Part shown: piece by piece, positions 41,049-55,290 of the stretch
Layout: each line of letters starts with the position of its first letter
Position numbering within the stretch: position 1 is the first letter of the stretch
Assembly (NCBI RefSeq): GCF_036321535.1
Contig: NC_087436.1
Coordinates: 88,104,001-88,168,000, forward strand
Reading direction: 5' to 3'
Origin: Camelus dromedarius
Lineage: Eukaryota
DNA: 64,000 nucleotides
The notes under the pieces: model-generated
Database searches by the model: none
Seen by the model: the letters and a program-made list of their open reading frames with translations, nothing else
Told to the model about the DNA's origin: nothing
Translations under genes and position numbers: made by a program

Positions 41049-41719
41049 GTGGACCACAGCGTCATTCCTATTTCATACGAGCCAAGTCGCTGCTTAACAC
41101 TTTCAGCTTTCTTTACACTATCTGACAACACAGGATACAAGCAAACTTCTCTCTTTTGATACTGCAACAAATTCGATCAGTGTGTGTAGATGTTTAAGAA
41201 ATTTAAAAACTCAGAGTTAACTGTTTTTGGTGGATATTGTGAAATCTAATTCTGCTGCTGCTGCTTTTCTGGGTGTCTGGCATAGTTACTTGACCTTTCT
41301 GGGACCCAGTTACTACATCTGAAAAATATTACTTTATGGTAATAGGCCCTCTTATTTTGAATTGAGTTAAACTGATGTCTGCTTAGCAAAATCAAAATAG
41401 AACAGTTACTGCGTTCTTTCCAAATGTACTGATGTACCAAACATGTATTGAACACCTACTATGTGGCAAGCAGTGTGCTAGGTCTTAGGGTTGAAGATGA
41501 AGAAAGCATGGCCCTTGGCTTCAAGGACCCCATAGCAGATATGTTTTTTTTCTAAAACTGTCACTTAACAGTTTCTCCAGCTGTATTTCTTCTCTTCTTT
41601 TTTTCTTGGGAAATTGTATTTTTCCATAAAATACAATATTAAAGTCTGCAAGTAATTTGCATAAGATTTTCTCTAGGTTTACTCTAGTAAAGCGTTAACA
41701 ACACTCTTGTCTGTCATAG

Positions 41720-41823
41720 GTGTAACATAGCCGTGATCCTTCTGACTGATCTGATCATTGATCATAGTGTGAAGGTGGAATGGGGAAGCTACCTCCATCT
41801 TCTTCTTCATGCAATTTTTATAG
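41720..41823 (+). CDS. FRYL: FRYL exon 27 CNIAVILLTDLIIDHSVKVEWGSYLHLLLHAIFI
   Basis: tcatag|G ... TAG|gtaata; 104 nt. Confidence 0.95.
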
Positions 41824-41907
41824 GTAATAAATATTTGGTTCTCATGTCTTCATTTCATATTTTTGTGATAATTGAAAGGCAGTATATTTGGTTTTATCAG
41901 GTCACAC

Positions 41908-42598
41908 TTATTTTTATTTTTAATTAAATTTTTATTAAGGTATCATTGATTTACAACAGTTTCAGGTGTACAAATAGTGATTCAGAATTTTTATAGGTTC
42001 TACTCCATTTACAGTTATTATAAAATATTGACTATATTCTCTGTGCTGTATAATGTATCCTTGTAATCTATTTATTTTATACATGGTAGTTTGTACCTCT
42101 TAATGCCCTTACCCCTATCGTGCCCCTCACCCGCTTCCCCTCTCCCCACTGGTAGCCACTTATTTGTTCTCTATATCTGTGAGTCTGCTTCTGTTTTGCT
42201 ACATTCACTAGTTTGTTTTGCTTTTTTTTAGATTTCACATATTAAGTGATAACATACAGTGTTTGTCTTTTTCTCTCTGACTTATTTTCACTAAGCATAA
42301 CACCCTCCAGGTCCACCCGTGTTGTTGCAAATGACAACATTTCATTCTTTTTCTGGCTGAGTAGTATTCCATTGCATATATATATACCACGTCTTTATTC
42401 ATCTGTTGATGGAAATTTAGGTTGCCTCCAGGACTTGGCTATTATAAATAGTGCTACTATGAACATTGGGGTGCATACATCTTTTTGAATTAGTGTTTTT
42501 GTTTTCTTTGGATATATACCCACGGGTGGAATTGCTGGATTGTACAATGGTTCTATTTTTAGTGTTTTGAGGAATCTCCATACTGTTTTCCACAGTGG
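41908..42598 (-). mobile_element. L1 3' fragment (ORF2 C-terminus + 3'UTR)
   Basis: Minus ORF 42395..42607 LWKTVWRFLKTLKIEPLYNPAIPPVGIYPK...CTPMFIVALFIIAKSWRQPKFPSTDE is L1 ORF2p C-terminal sequence. Confidence 0.92.
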
Positions 42599-43415
42599 GA
42601 AAGGCAATATGGCTTTAAGAGAGTTTCTACGTATTTCGGTTCCTCCTTTTTGTGGGTTATTTCCATGACACTTTTTACTGTGATTCTCATGGTCTAGAGG
42701 GGAGTTATTTCTAGCCTCTTACCCATTCCTATTCCTGTCCTGCAGCCTCTCCTGCTGCACACACAAACACATACCCTCCAGCAGGAAAAATCCTGTAACT
42801 GAAGCAAAAGTAAAGTTAATTTACCTCTGTGATTGGAAGCTTTCAGAGTAAATGGAAAACTGAAATGGGTACTAAGTGTTTCCCCAAAGAATTAGATCGT
42901 GGACAGTCTGATTACAGCTGAAACTCCATTATGCCCTCTTAACAAACATGTGGGAGCCATCGCATCAGCAGTACTGCCCGTGCTGGGAGGATTGCTTTCC
43001 TGAAGAAGTCAAAACAGCCATCTTCTCCTAAATTTCCTGATATGTGCACTTATTATACATGTATTACTTCATTCCTTCAGTAAGCAAACAGCTACTGACT
43101 TTTTATTGCGTTCTAAGCACACAAAAAATCCTTGCCTATAAAAGTTCATTTACATCTAGTGTTTTGTAACAGAGTATTAGTGTCTAAGAGATAACTAAAT
43201 TTTAGACGTACACTTTGGGAACTTGCCTGGATTCTCCCTAGTCCAGGAGGACAATAGGCTATTATAAAAATGTATACAAATTCTAGGCTAATAAAAAAAT
43301 TGACGTAATATGACCTTATATAATTTCTTCTTTTCTTTTTAAAATATGGGTTTGGTAGCAAGAATACTCATTATCTGTCTTTATTGATGATGACTTTTTT
43401 TATGGTTCTCTTTAG

Positions 43416-43601
43416 GGTTTGACCACTGCCACCCTGAGGTGTATGAGCATTGTAAACGCCTGCTTCTGCACTTACTAATAGTGATGGGATCCAACAGCAA
43501 CATCCGAACTGCTGCTTCTGTCCTTCTCAGGAACAAGGAGTTTAATGAGCCCAGGGTGCTTACAGTCAAACAAATTGCACACTCAGATTATACTTTCACA
43601 G
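43416..43601 (+). CDS. FRYL: FRYL exon 28 FDHCHPEVYEHCKRLLLHLL...SDYTFT
   Basis: ctttag|GG ... CAG|gtattt; 186 nt. Confidence 0.95.
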
Positions 43602-44712
43602 GTATTTGCTTTAAAAGTTCAGTTTGCAAGTGGAATTGTACTTCATTCATTTGGAATCCTACATTACAGAAAGTCAACTAAAGTTGAAACACTGGACAAT
43701 ATTTTTTTAAATGTAGTTTTATTATTTTAAGTACCATTGGTATTATTTATTAATCCATAAAGAAGGACTTAGACTTGGAATATTTGATCTGTATTGCCTT
43801 TAAGGATCTTCGTCATAAAAATTTCAAGCTCTAAACATGTAAGTTAAAGGTACAATGAAAGAGTGGCTTAATTTATTGAGCACTGGTTATGAAAAAGATG
43901 GTAAACTTGTATTAGTTTCCTCCTGATCTCAAGATCTGAAAAATTGGCCAAGGAGGACAGTAAAAAATTTTTTTTCACTTGGTTATATTGATTTCACTTA
44001 AAATGTTATACGTTTGAAGTCTAGTAAGTTCCAAATTGCATATTTTAAAGTACTAGTGAGGTCCAAATTAATGAGATTTTAATGTAAAATTTATTTCACT
44101 GCTGATGTGATTTTTTTTTTACTTTTTATTTTCTTTTTCCTAATAACCTAATATTTATTTTATTCATCAGTATCATCTGATTTATAATAAATGATCTAGA
44201 AAATAATTGTTTTTAAAAATTGAAATAAAATTACTTCTTTTTGCCAATCATTTAATGCAAGATACAGGGTTAATAAAATTTAAATTTACTTAGTTAAATC
44301 CTTGTTTTCTATTTAAAACCTTGTAGTTAATGAGAAAACAATGATTAGTAAACTTATTCACCTTTAAAACTATGATTAAAAGATGAATGAAATAAAGTTT
44401 TCTCCCTTTTTTTTATGTTGAAGCATTTCTATTCAAAATTCCTTAGTTTGTATTTGTTGTTTGTTTTTAAGGCCTCGTTTGCCATTTTGTATGAGCATTA
44501 GTAGTAACCTTTAGAATTATTTAATAATTGGCATAATGTAAATATTATATTTTTAAGTCTATAAATAGACTCTAAAATGGCCTTTGAGTAAAGTGAAGCA
44601 GAAAGCATAGAATCTTTTCCATAAGAAATTAAAAATCAGTTACACTATAGAAATATGAATGACTTAACCCACGTTATGCCAAAATATTAGGAAGCTGCCA
44701 GTTTCAACTTTG

Positions 44713-44729
44713 CTCAGCAGATGGCAGCA
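44713..44729 (+). promoter_or_regulatory. Candidate CTCF site
   Basis: CTCAGCAGATGGCAGCA; one mismatch at first core C. Confidence 0.45.
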
Positions 44730-44946
44730 GAGGACTGTATAGTAAATCCAAAGAGTTAAGTTTGCTGTGTTTGCTCAAAACCTCACCTGATGTAATTTGG
44801 TGCTTGGGAGGCTGCAGGGGGAGGAGCACTGATCTGCATCATCCTTTATGTACTTATATAATCTATAAGGAACCAGAACTTAATTCTTTAAATACTGAGG
44901 GAGATGGTTTTACGTCTGGGTGTTCATGCGCGGCGCTCTCTTTCAG

Positions 44947-45151
44947 CAGGTGTTAGTGATTTTATACCTGATTACCAGCCCTCCCCCATGACTGACTCAG
45001 GGCTCAGCTCAAGTTCTACCTCCTCTAGTATCAGCTTAGGAAATAACAGCGCTGCCATTTCACATCTGCACACCACTGTCCTCAACGAGGTCGACATCTC
45101 AGTAGAGCAGGATGGAAAAGTCAAAACCCTCATGGAATTCATTACCTCAAG
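44947..45151 (+). CDS. FRYL: FRYL exon 29 GVSDFIPDYQPSPMTDSGLSSSSTSSS...MEFITS
   Basis: tttcag|CAG tandem acceptor ... AAG|gtaaca; 205 nt. Confidence 0.93.
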
Positions 45152-46284
45152 GTAACATCTGCACCCCCTACTGTTCCAGCAACGTATCTGCATCAAGTTG
45201 TCATTTCATTTGTCAGTTACAGCAGACCCTATTTTTGTTTTTCAAAGTGTCCTTGATTTGGAGTAGACAAGTGTGTATTGTGCAATATTTAGAAAATTTG
45301 ATGACTTTCTTCTTTGGCTCATATGATTGTAGCTGAGGAAGGCCTTAATTGTGTCTAATGCTGAGTACCCGAAGAGGACACAGTGTTATCTGAGTACATA
45401 TTCTGCCTTCATCAGCTACATGACCAGTCAGTATCCAATATTTATTTATGGTCTACTCTTTGCAAAGCACTCTAAGTAAAGAAGAAACATAGATGGGGAG
45501 AAAGGGGCCGGTATTCTACAGCAAAAGCAAAGTCACAGGCGTGTGAGAAAACGAAGTATGTTTGGAAATGGTGAGAATCTGGTCTGACTGTAATGCTGAG
45601 GAAAGACTTTCCAGACAAGAAATCTTAGAAGAGTTCAAACTGAAGGACCATGAAGTCTAGCCTACAGGTTATAGATCTTTCAAGAAAGGAAACTTTATTG
45701 AAAATCTTTGAGCTGAATGGGGAGGATAGGGGGATTCAATTAAATAAATATGCTATGATCGGTCTCATAGCAAAGGACATGATGAATTAGAGGTGTTAGG
45801 GACCAACAGCAGTGTGACCACATCTTTTTTCAGGGCACTCTGGGCCTGTGGTAATAAGGGGCTTAACCCTTATTCGACAAGGTGGTGGGCTCGAGAATGC
45901 AGGTATTTTAAAGAAAGAACCCACAGGACTTTATTCTGCCCTAACCTGTCCCTGTAGTTTTAGCTTATAAATTATTTTCTCTGCATCACAATCTAAATAC
46001 AGTCTAGCCTCTACAAGTTATAATGTTTTGATCTGTAATACATAAGCAATAACCAGTACTCTTTCCACTTGGCAAAAAATTTGTCATCTTTTCCTCCTAC
46101 CTCTGGGAGAATCTGCCTGTAATGATGGAACTTGCATCTTCCTGTACTTGCTCTAAATCATTACATGTCCAGGAACATAAATAGTAGTAGTAGCCTGTGT
46201 GACATGCTGTTTGATTTATTCAACTACTACCCTTTTTAATTGCAAAAGCACGTTTTAGGTGAGTATGAGTAAAACTTAAGGTAA

Positions 46285-46449
<165 letters not shown>

Positions 46450-46851
46450 TAATAAATATTTCGGATAATATTTACTTTCAAGGAGATATTTTAGGGTGAT
46501 GTCAAAACTTCTGATACTGTTCAGCAAAAAGTTGACCATTGATGTGTTTCAAGTTGAGTTTTAGACAGTTTTTCCTTTTTAACTTACTAGTGATAACAGA
46601 TTTGTTTTGGTTGAAAAGAAATTAAGTTACTACTTAAATTAAGAATGCTCCTTTGACAGCCTGGGGTTCTTAGTTTTGTGTAGGATGGCATAATAAAATT
46701 ACAATACAGTTGTTTATTATGAAACAATTATATTTAAGGAACATAGGTAGAGATGACAAACCTTAACATAATTTTTTATACTGGTATGAGTCTCTGTGAT
46801 TTTTGAACTTAACACATTCTGAAAATTATAGTAAAGTGTGTGTATCTAAAG

Positions 46852-47067
46852 CAGTAATTCTCAGCTGGGGGCGATTTTGCTTCTCGGGACATTTTGCAAT
46901 GTCTGGAAACACTTTTGTCACAATTAAGGGGCGGGTGGCAGGAGGTCACTACTGGTGTCAGGTTGGATAAAGGCTAGGGATGCCAGTACTTAAGTACGCG
47001 GCACCGGGCAGCCCTCACAACAGTTATCTGGCCGGAGTGTCAGTAGTGCTGAGGCTGAGAAACCCTG
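46852..47067 (+). mobile_element. MER20 hAT-Charlie element
   Basis: cagtaattctcagctgggggcgattttgc...gacattttgcaatgtctggaaacac...gtcagtagtgctgaggctgagaaaccctg. Confidence 0.85.
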
Positions 47068-47125
47068 TTCTCAGGGAGTCCTTCCCTGAGATTAGAGTGA
47101 AGAGTCATCTAAAATTCAAATGAGA

Positions 47126-47220
47126 GGGGCAGGATAGAGCTCAGTGGTAGAGTTCGTGTTTAGCATGCACGGAGCCCTGGGTTCAATTCGCAGTGCCTCC
47201 ACTTAACAAAAATAAAAAAG
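47126..47220 (+). mobile_element. Vic-1-like tRNA-derived SINE
   Basis: ggggcaggatagagctcagtggtagag...ttagcatgcacggagccctgggttcaattcgcagtgcctcc + A-rich tail; A and B boxes visible. Confidence 0.8.
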
Positions 47221-47236
47221 CAATGGAATTTAATGA

Positions 47237-47593
<357 letters not shown>

Positions 47594-47859
47594 TAAATCT
47601 TTTCAGCAGGTGTTGAGCAGCGCCTTGTTGTCAAGGACTTATTGCCAAATGTAAATCACTGCAGGTAGAGCAATACAAGGGCACATAGAATTATTAATGT
47701 CAGAATTTTAGATGTTGTATAAGTAATACTAGTAACATACCAATTGAATTAAATTGTTAGTGCCTGTCAGAAAAAGCTTTATACGCACACACCTGGCTAT
47801 TATTCTTAGATGACCACAGGGTAAAAGAGGAAGTTAAAGTAGAACACTTGATTTCATTT

Positions 47860-48700
47860 TTTAAGATAAAGTGGAATATTGCAATAGGGAATGTACATAC
47901 ATCTGTACATGGTTTTATTAATGTTTTTAGACACCAGGGATACCATAGTAAACAAGACAACATTGCTGACATTCTGGAGCTCACGTTTCATGGGGGAAAC
48001 AGGCCTTTAGTCCACCAATAATGTGTAATGCCATTTTACTTAGTGATGAATGCTGTGAAAATAATAAGACAGAGTAACAGGTTATAAAGAATGACAGGGG
48101 GAGGGGTTGTTTTGTACGTGATCATCTGAACACACATTTAAATGGAGTGAGCCCTGTGATAATCTGGGGAAGAGAGCAAAGGGAAATAGAACTAGCAAGT
48201 GCAAAGGCCCTGGGGGAGGAGCAAAAGGCTTTTTAAAGGAACATCAAGCAAACCAGTGTGGTGAGAGTGTTTTAGACAGGGACATCAACAGGCAGGTGGA
48301 TGTGATGAGGAGGGTAGGTCTAGATCTTGTAAGGCCTGGAAGGTTCTGGTGAGAGGTGAGATTTTACTCTGAATTGACGGGAAACCACCCATAGGTTTTA
48401 AAAGGAGAGTGATGGATACAATTTGCTCTTTAAAAAATTCACTCTGGAGGCTAGGTGGAGTCCTCAGGAAAGCAAGAAAGGTCAGTTAAGAGGCTGTTTG
48501 TAGGAGTCCAGTCCGAAATGATGTCAGTTTGGATTAAAGGAAAGCTGTGGAGGTAGGGAAAAGAAGTTGGGTTTAGGATATATTTTTTAAGTAATATTTT
48601 TAGGACTTGGTGATGGTTTCAATTAGATGTGAGGGAAAGCAACAGGGTGGCTCCTAGATTTCTGGTCTAAGCAATTTTGGGTGAATTGTGTTGCCATTAT
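47860..48700 (-). mobile_element. L2 LINE relic
   Basis: gcaagtgcaaaggccctggg, gattttactctgaattgacgggaaacca, typical L2 antisense motifs; approximate. Confidence 0.7.
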
Positions 48701-48879
48701 GATCAATTTATACCATTAGTTGGATGCATTTTCGTCAATCAGCAAGATCGTGTTGCTCAAGAGTTTAATTACTTTGTAATATTAACGTGGAGTTTGTTCT
48801 ATTTTAAAATCTCATCAGGAAGTGTGTTGCAATTTCTTCTTTCCAGAGCATAATTAATTAAAATCTGCCTTTCTTCTAG

Positions 48880-48974
48880 GGATTTGTGATTGAGCTTCTT
48901 CTCACGTTGGAATCTGCAATTGATACTTTGGCTGAAACCATGAAGCATTATGATCTTCTTTCTGCCCTTTCTCA
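48880..48974 (+). CDS. FRYL: FRYL exon 32 GFVIELLLTLESAIDTLAETMKHYDLLSALS
   Basis: ttctag|GGA ... TCA|gtaaga; 95 nt. Confidence 0.95.
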
Positions 48975-50055
48975 GTAAGAGTTTAAAACTAGGCAACCAG
49001 TAGATTTGTATATAGACCTTCAATAGCTAAACATGTATAATATTGTATTGTGCTAATATTGGTGGTGAGAATAATACCCCAAAATTCAGATGGATTACCA
49101 GTGGGAAAATGAGCCCCAGATGGTGAGGACATGTGACGAGTCACGGGGCTGGGAAGTGGCAGTGCTGTCTCTCTGACATCCTGGCCAGAGCTCTTTCTGC
49201 TGGGCTGCTTGGCTTCAGCCTCAGTGACGGGCTCTGTTCCTGCCACACTCAGCATCCCATTGTGCTCCCAGCAGGCCAGGCACCTCAAAACTCACACCTT
49301 CCACATACTGTTCCTTCTCCCTGGACCAGCCTCTCTTCGAACTTTATCTTCCTTGCAAATCCCGAATTGGCTTCTCCTTTAAGTCCTGTCTCAGTATCAC
49401 CTCCTAGCTAAACATTTCTGCCTGCCCCAGGGTAAGGCTAATTACTCCATCCTTTGGATTGTCACAGTGTTTTCTTTATATTTTAATGACAGCAACTAAC
49501 AGGCTGTAATTTATCCATCTACATGGACTTTACCTGATATTCCTAGCATTTTACACACTGCTGGCACATGTAGAAAGAATTCTGTATTTTTTAACCAATG
49601 CTAATTGGATGTGAAGGAGAAGGAGAAATCAAAAATAAAATTTTTGAGCTTGCTTCTTCTGGAAAGAGTGTGAATTGACAGAAATAGGGACCCCAGGACC
49701 ATCAGCTCTGGGGTTAAGACAAAGGAAGCCTGCTTGGGATATAATGTTTACTAAATCCCAAAGCTAAACATTATCAGTGGTAACTGTAGCAGAAATTTCA
49801 CTTGAAGTCAAACCTTATCCAACCCAAAGGAAACAATTGGCCACAGTAGAAAAGATACTGTTGTACATTTCAACAGGGAGGAAAGAACTGAAATTTAATT
49901 AAGCAAAGTCCAGTATATTTAGAAGTGATTTTTTTCCTGGTAACAGTTACCCTTTTCAGCATTTTCAAGAGTACAATTAATGTAGCTAAAGAAATGATTG
50001 TGCACGGATTCATCTTTTTTCTTTCTTTCTTTCTTTCTCTTTTTTTCTTAAAAAG

Positions 50056-50663
50056 AACCTCATACCATGATCCTATAATGGGAAACAAGTATGCAGCTAA
50101 CAGGAAAAGCACTGGACAACTCAATTTAAGCACAAGTCCCATTAATAGTAGCAGTTATTTGGGATATAACAGTAATACAAGAAGTAACTCTTTGAGATTA
50201 AGTTTAATTGGTGACCGAAGGGGTGACCGGCGGCGGAGTAACACACTGGATATAATGGACGGACGGATAAACCATAGCAGTAGTTTAGTGAGGACTAGAA
50301 GCCTTTCCTCTCTGAGAGAGAAAGCAGTGTATGATGTGCAGTCCACTACTGAGCCTGCCAACTTGATGGCCACCATTTTTTGGATAGCAGCATCTTTATT
50401 AGAGTCAGATTACGAATACGAATACCTCCTGGCTCTCAGGCTTCTCAACAAACTGCTGATCCACTTGCCTTTGGATAAATCAGAGAGTCGAGAGAAGATT
50501 GAAAACGTACAAAGCAAACTGAAGTGGAATAATTTCCCAGGCCTTCAACAGCTCTTCCTTAAGGGTTTTACCTCAGTATCCACACAAGAAATGACCGTGC
50601 ACCTCCTGAGTAAACTCATTGCTGTCTCCAAACACACGCTGGTGGATCCTTCCCAGTTGTCAG
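50056..50663 (+). CDS. FRYL: FRYL exon 33 (large) TSYHDPIMGNKYAANRKSTGQLNLS...VDPSQLS
   Basis: aaaaag|A ... CAG|gtgatg; 608 nt; inside ORF 49925..50707. Confidence 0.95.
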
Positions 50664-50919
50664 GTGATGTCAATAGAATTGCACCAACTCTTTGCTTTTT
50701 AATGTAGTGAAATGTAAACTAATCATTTGTTTTGAAACCTACTAATTTCTGCTTTTCCACCAACAGTTACGGTTTTCTCAATATGTGAGATAACTTAAAT
50801 TCTTTGGTAAAAGCAAAACAAAAAAATATTTTTAGAAGATCAAGTACTCCAGGAAATAAAAAGAAAATGGTTTCTGTGAGCCATTAAAAAAAGTTAATTT
50901 TTAAAATTATGTGCAATAA

Positions 50920-51078
<159 letters not shown>

Positions 51079-51339
51079 TAACACTGGAGGGAAATTTCCC
51101 TGAAGTTTATCTTAAGGGGGGACTTTCTTAGAAATCCTTTTACTGTCACTTCCTATGTGAATTTTGCATCTAAATTTTTATTTTTTATGCATATAAAGAA
51201 GTAATATAGTAATGATGTAACTTACAAGTGCTCAAGCCACAGTGAATAAAATTATTTGTTTAGAGTAACACTCCTCTGAGTCTGAGTCTTTTTCTGCTCC
51301 GTTTCCCTACTTTACTTTCTACCTGTTTGTCAGTTTCCA

Positions 51340-51680
51340 AGTCATTCATTTATTTAGTACCAAGTATGTACTGAGCACTGGATCAGGTGCTGGAAATACA
51401 AAGATAAGCAAAGGAGATAGAATTTTTAGCCCTGTGGGCCTTAGAGTCGGGGTGCAGTCAAATAAGTAGACAGTCACCATCGAGTCTGGTGACTTTCCAG
51501 TGGGAGGGCAGAATATTTTAGGGACACATAAAGCAAAAGTCTGCCTGAAGGAAGTTATGACTAAGCTGACTTAAAGGCTGAATAAGACTAACCAAAAGTA
51601 TGATCCCTGGATGAGAAATAAGAGCAGGGCCGAGGGTGGAAATTTCCTAGGAGAAGTCACATGTGCAAAGGCCCTGCGGA
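51340..51680 (-). mobile_element. L2 LINE 3' relic
   Basis: tcattcatttattt...tgtactgagcac...ggtgctggaaatacaaagat...catgtgcaaaggccctg. Confidence 0.65.
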
Positions 51681-53944
51681 AGAAGAGGGCATAATATATT
51701 TTGTGATTCTGGGAATTCTCTCCCTTTATGTTTGCCTTTTTCCTCTTAACATTGTCTTCAACTTCTCTGTCTGCTCCCTTCACTCTCTTTCTTCCTCATT
51801 TGGCTCTTTCTCTCCCATCCTACATTTCTGAAACAGGTTTGTAGCTCTTTTTAAATCAGCTGTTAACATTTGTTTAAGAGGTTTATAGCTCCTAATCTTA
51901 ATTGTAAAAGAATATGACTTTGACATTTTATATTTTTAGTAATTTCCTCTCTTAAGAACAATAAAGAAATAGCAAATATCTTGCCTTCTACTTAAAATTA
52001 ATTCTTAATTAATTTCATTTTATGTATTTATTTATTTATTTTGTCAGATTGAGTCTTGTAAGAAAGACTTTTCAGGCTGAAATCATAGACAGTTGCAAGA
52101 AGGAGTTATATAAATTTACAAGTAATATACGTGCAACAGGAAATTAGGTGAACTGGAGGAGGGACTCAACAGCAGTATAAGTGAGATAACCCAGCTAAAG
52201 CACCAGGAGAAAATTCAGAGAAGTTTGCAACAGAAGGGACCAAGCGAGTAAAAGTCTCTGGAAGAGCCTTTTATATAAGCTTTTTTTTTTTTTTTCCAAA
52301 CCTGAGATTCTGTTAGCAATTAGCACAGCACTAAATGGAAGAGCAAGCTTGTAGAAAGCCAGGTAAAACACCCACCTCTGCATGGCCCAAACTTCACCAC
52401 TGGTAAGTGCAAGTTTATCTCTGGGTGCCGACGCAGTGAAAAAATACTGCCAACCCAATTAATCACATACACAGTAACAAGAGTAAGGACGTTTTCATTA
52501 TCTGGTTAGATAATATTTAATAAATGACAAGAAAATATTTAATAAAATATGCTATTGAATCATCCCTATTTAAATTTCTAAATAGATACGGAGAGATTCT
52601 TAAGCATTTTATAAGCATGTCTTTAAAAAGAAGAGCCATTATTACAGTTAATGGAAACGCATCTCAGTTTTGATGATGGTTTACCTTAGAAAACTAAACA
52701 ATGTGTATTTGCATTAATGAGGTCCAAAAGTGATTTTTAAAATAATTTATTAAAGTGACTTTTATTTTAATATTCTAATGACACACCATTAGAAAAATGT
52801 AAACAAGGATTTTATTTTTGTCTACCAGAAATCTAGGAAAGAAACTATAAGGGGAAAAAAGTATATTGACTTACTTGAGGATTTCAAGAAGATAAAAAGA
52901 AGTCCCCTAATAAGGGAAGTAGGAGCATTTAAGACTGGCAGCTGAAGTGTGGGGAGGAGCTGGCTAGGCGCTGGGACGGCTGAGGGCACAGCGTGGCCAG
53001 AGGGCTGCTGTGGAAGCCCCTTGAGCGCCAAGCCTCTGCTGTCATGACCGAGGCAAAGCACAGGAAACTCCCAACTATCTTACCTGTTTTTAAGAAATCA
53101 AATATATGGCTCTCTGTGAGTCATAAACTGTTGTTCAGTCTGTTTCTTCCTGGTGAGCAGCACACAAAGTTTCCCTTTGTGCGCTTTCAGCAACCTGCAG
53201 GATGTGAACTAAATTGATTCCTTAATTATTCTCTCACTTAAACTGCCGAGAGTAATTTTCTGCCATTATGTGCTTCCTCATTATGCAAATATTGCTGTTT
53301 TTACTGTTTGTGCCCTTGGAGAGCGCAGAATTTCAAAATGAGGGAACACTTAGGACAAATATTGTCCTTTCTTGCTATTCATTATGGCAAAAACAGTATG
53401 CTCAGGTTTGTTATAAAACATACTCTATTTGACTCGAATTTTAACCTGGTAATTCCAAAATTCCAAAATTAAATCTAAGCCATTTGCTTTATTTAAAAAA
53501 TTGCACAGCATATATTCCAAAGAACTTTCCTCCTTTTTAGAAATAGTTTTTTGTAAATCATTCTTTATAAAAATATGCTTTAAGGATATAAGAATTCTAT
53601 AGGAATGTCTTATTCTTCAGAATAAGATTAAAGAATTTACTTTGAACTATAAAAGTTTTTGTTGAAGAATAACAGATTGTGAAATTGAAAAATTATGCAG
53701 CTTTTAAAATAGTATGATAAATTATTATATTTTGAAATACAAGTAAGAAATACAAACCAACTTTTTCTTTTTTCTTCCTGGTGTCTGTTTTATGGATAAA
53801 AGGCTAATGCATGAAATCAGCTGCTTTTAATGATTGTATAAAGTAACTTCCAAGGTGCTGTGTTAGTCTCTGCACACCATTGCATGCCTTCATATCTTGG
53901 GCCCATCCAGTGATGATGTCCGCATGGTAAATCAAAGTAAAACT

Positions 53945-53994
53945 ACACCAGAAATTGACACATTGTAACTGACTGTACTTCAATTAAAAAAAAA
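53945..53994 (+). mobile_element. Very short sense-oriented L1 3' stub
   Basis: acaccagaaattgacacattgtaactgactgtacttcaatt + A-run. Confidence 0.7.
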
Positions 53995-55062
53995 TCAGTT
54001 ATATTCATCTGAAATTTGAAAATATATATTTTTTAAAGGTAGTACTCTCTTTATCAAATGCTCTAGGCAGTTTGAAAAAAATATAAAACATCAATAAGAT
54101 GGAAAAATAAGTGAGGAAAATGAAGAAAGGAAAACTAAGAGAAATTTCAGTGAGGCTAGCCTTTTATGATAGATGAGGGTCTGTCTTGCGTGGCCCTTTT
54201 CCAGTTCTGCCTTGTTCAGATGTCCCCTGGAAGAGGTTAAGAGACATCCTCACCAGTAAGTCAGGGAACAGACAGACTAAGAAGGTGCATTTGGTCAGTA
54301 AGATCCTCCCAAACATTTGTTGATTCAGATTCTGTAGTACTGTATCAAGTAAACTGTAGGAAGTCAGTATACTTCGTAGGAGCCTGTAAATGGTTGGCCA
54401 AGGACCTTAAGAGCTTTAGGTGATTTCCTGAGGAGCAGTTTGGGGTCCACCCTGATGACCGCCATTCATTGGAGGTACAGGATTCAAGAGTTATCAGTGC
54501 TCCGGTGAAGTCCTTAGAATACATCACACATGTTGAGGCTCCATGCAGTTGACTGCTCTAGTGAGATACTTGGAACAGCTTGACGCTATAAAGCATCTCT
54601 TCTTCAGCACAGCAGCTCTGAACCCCGCTGAGGATTCCCAGGTTGAGTCTGCCTGTTAAGTTATTGTGCAAAGAACCATACATTGATTTTACAAAACGGA
54701 ACTCTTTTTACAAAAGTTACAAAATGATACATAGGGTTTACAAAAACGTTTGGATTTTTACCAAAGACACTTTTACAGAGCATGAGGCTGTTAAAAAAAA
54801 AAAAAAAAAAGCCATACTCTTTAACACCCACGGAAATGCTTGAATAATTAATCATCCTTCCGTGTTATCTAAGTTATTCTCTTAAGAATGCCTTGAGCTT
54901 TTTTCCTCTTCTGTTTAACTTCTCTACTGTAGTGAAATAAAATGCATTAACGCTTCAAGATATATCTTGAACTTATTTCATTAAACAAATACAGTTAATA
55001 TAAAATCAAGTTTAAACTTAAATGCCTTTAAAGTGAATGAAATTATTGTATTTGTTTTTTAG

Positions 55063-55290
<228 letters not shown>

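Noticed and set aside
47070..47091. Short inverted repeats (tctcaggga...tccctgaga; also tcttaacc...ggttaaga at 29822)
   Set aside because: 8-9 bp stems are expected by chance in 64 kb, and prokaryotic terminator logic does not apply.
47126..47205. Possible functional tRNA-Ala gene
   Set aside because: Stems are degenerate and an A-rich tail follows; fits a SINE.
49925..50707. 260-aa ORF with a hydrophobic N-terminus as a standalone gene or signal-anchored isoform
   Set aside because: It is exon 33 plus read-through; the Phe/Leu-rich leader is a translated polypyrimidine tract and the ORF starts at GTG.
53905..53976. C/D box snoRNA-like pattern (GTGATGA ... CTGA with CAG/CTG ends)
   Set aside because: The D box lies within an L1 3' stub and the terminal stem is only 3 bp; probably coincidence.
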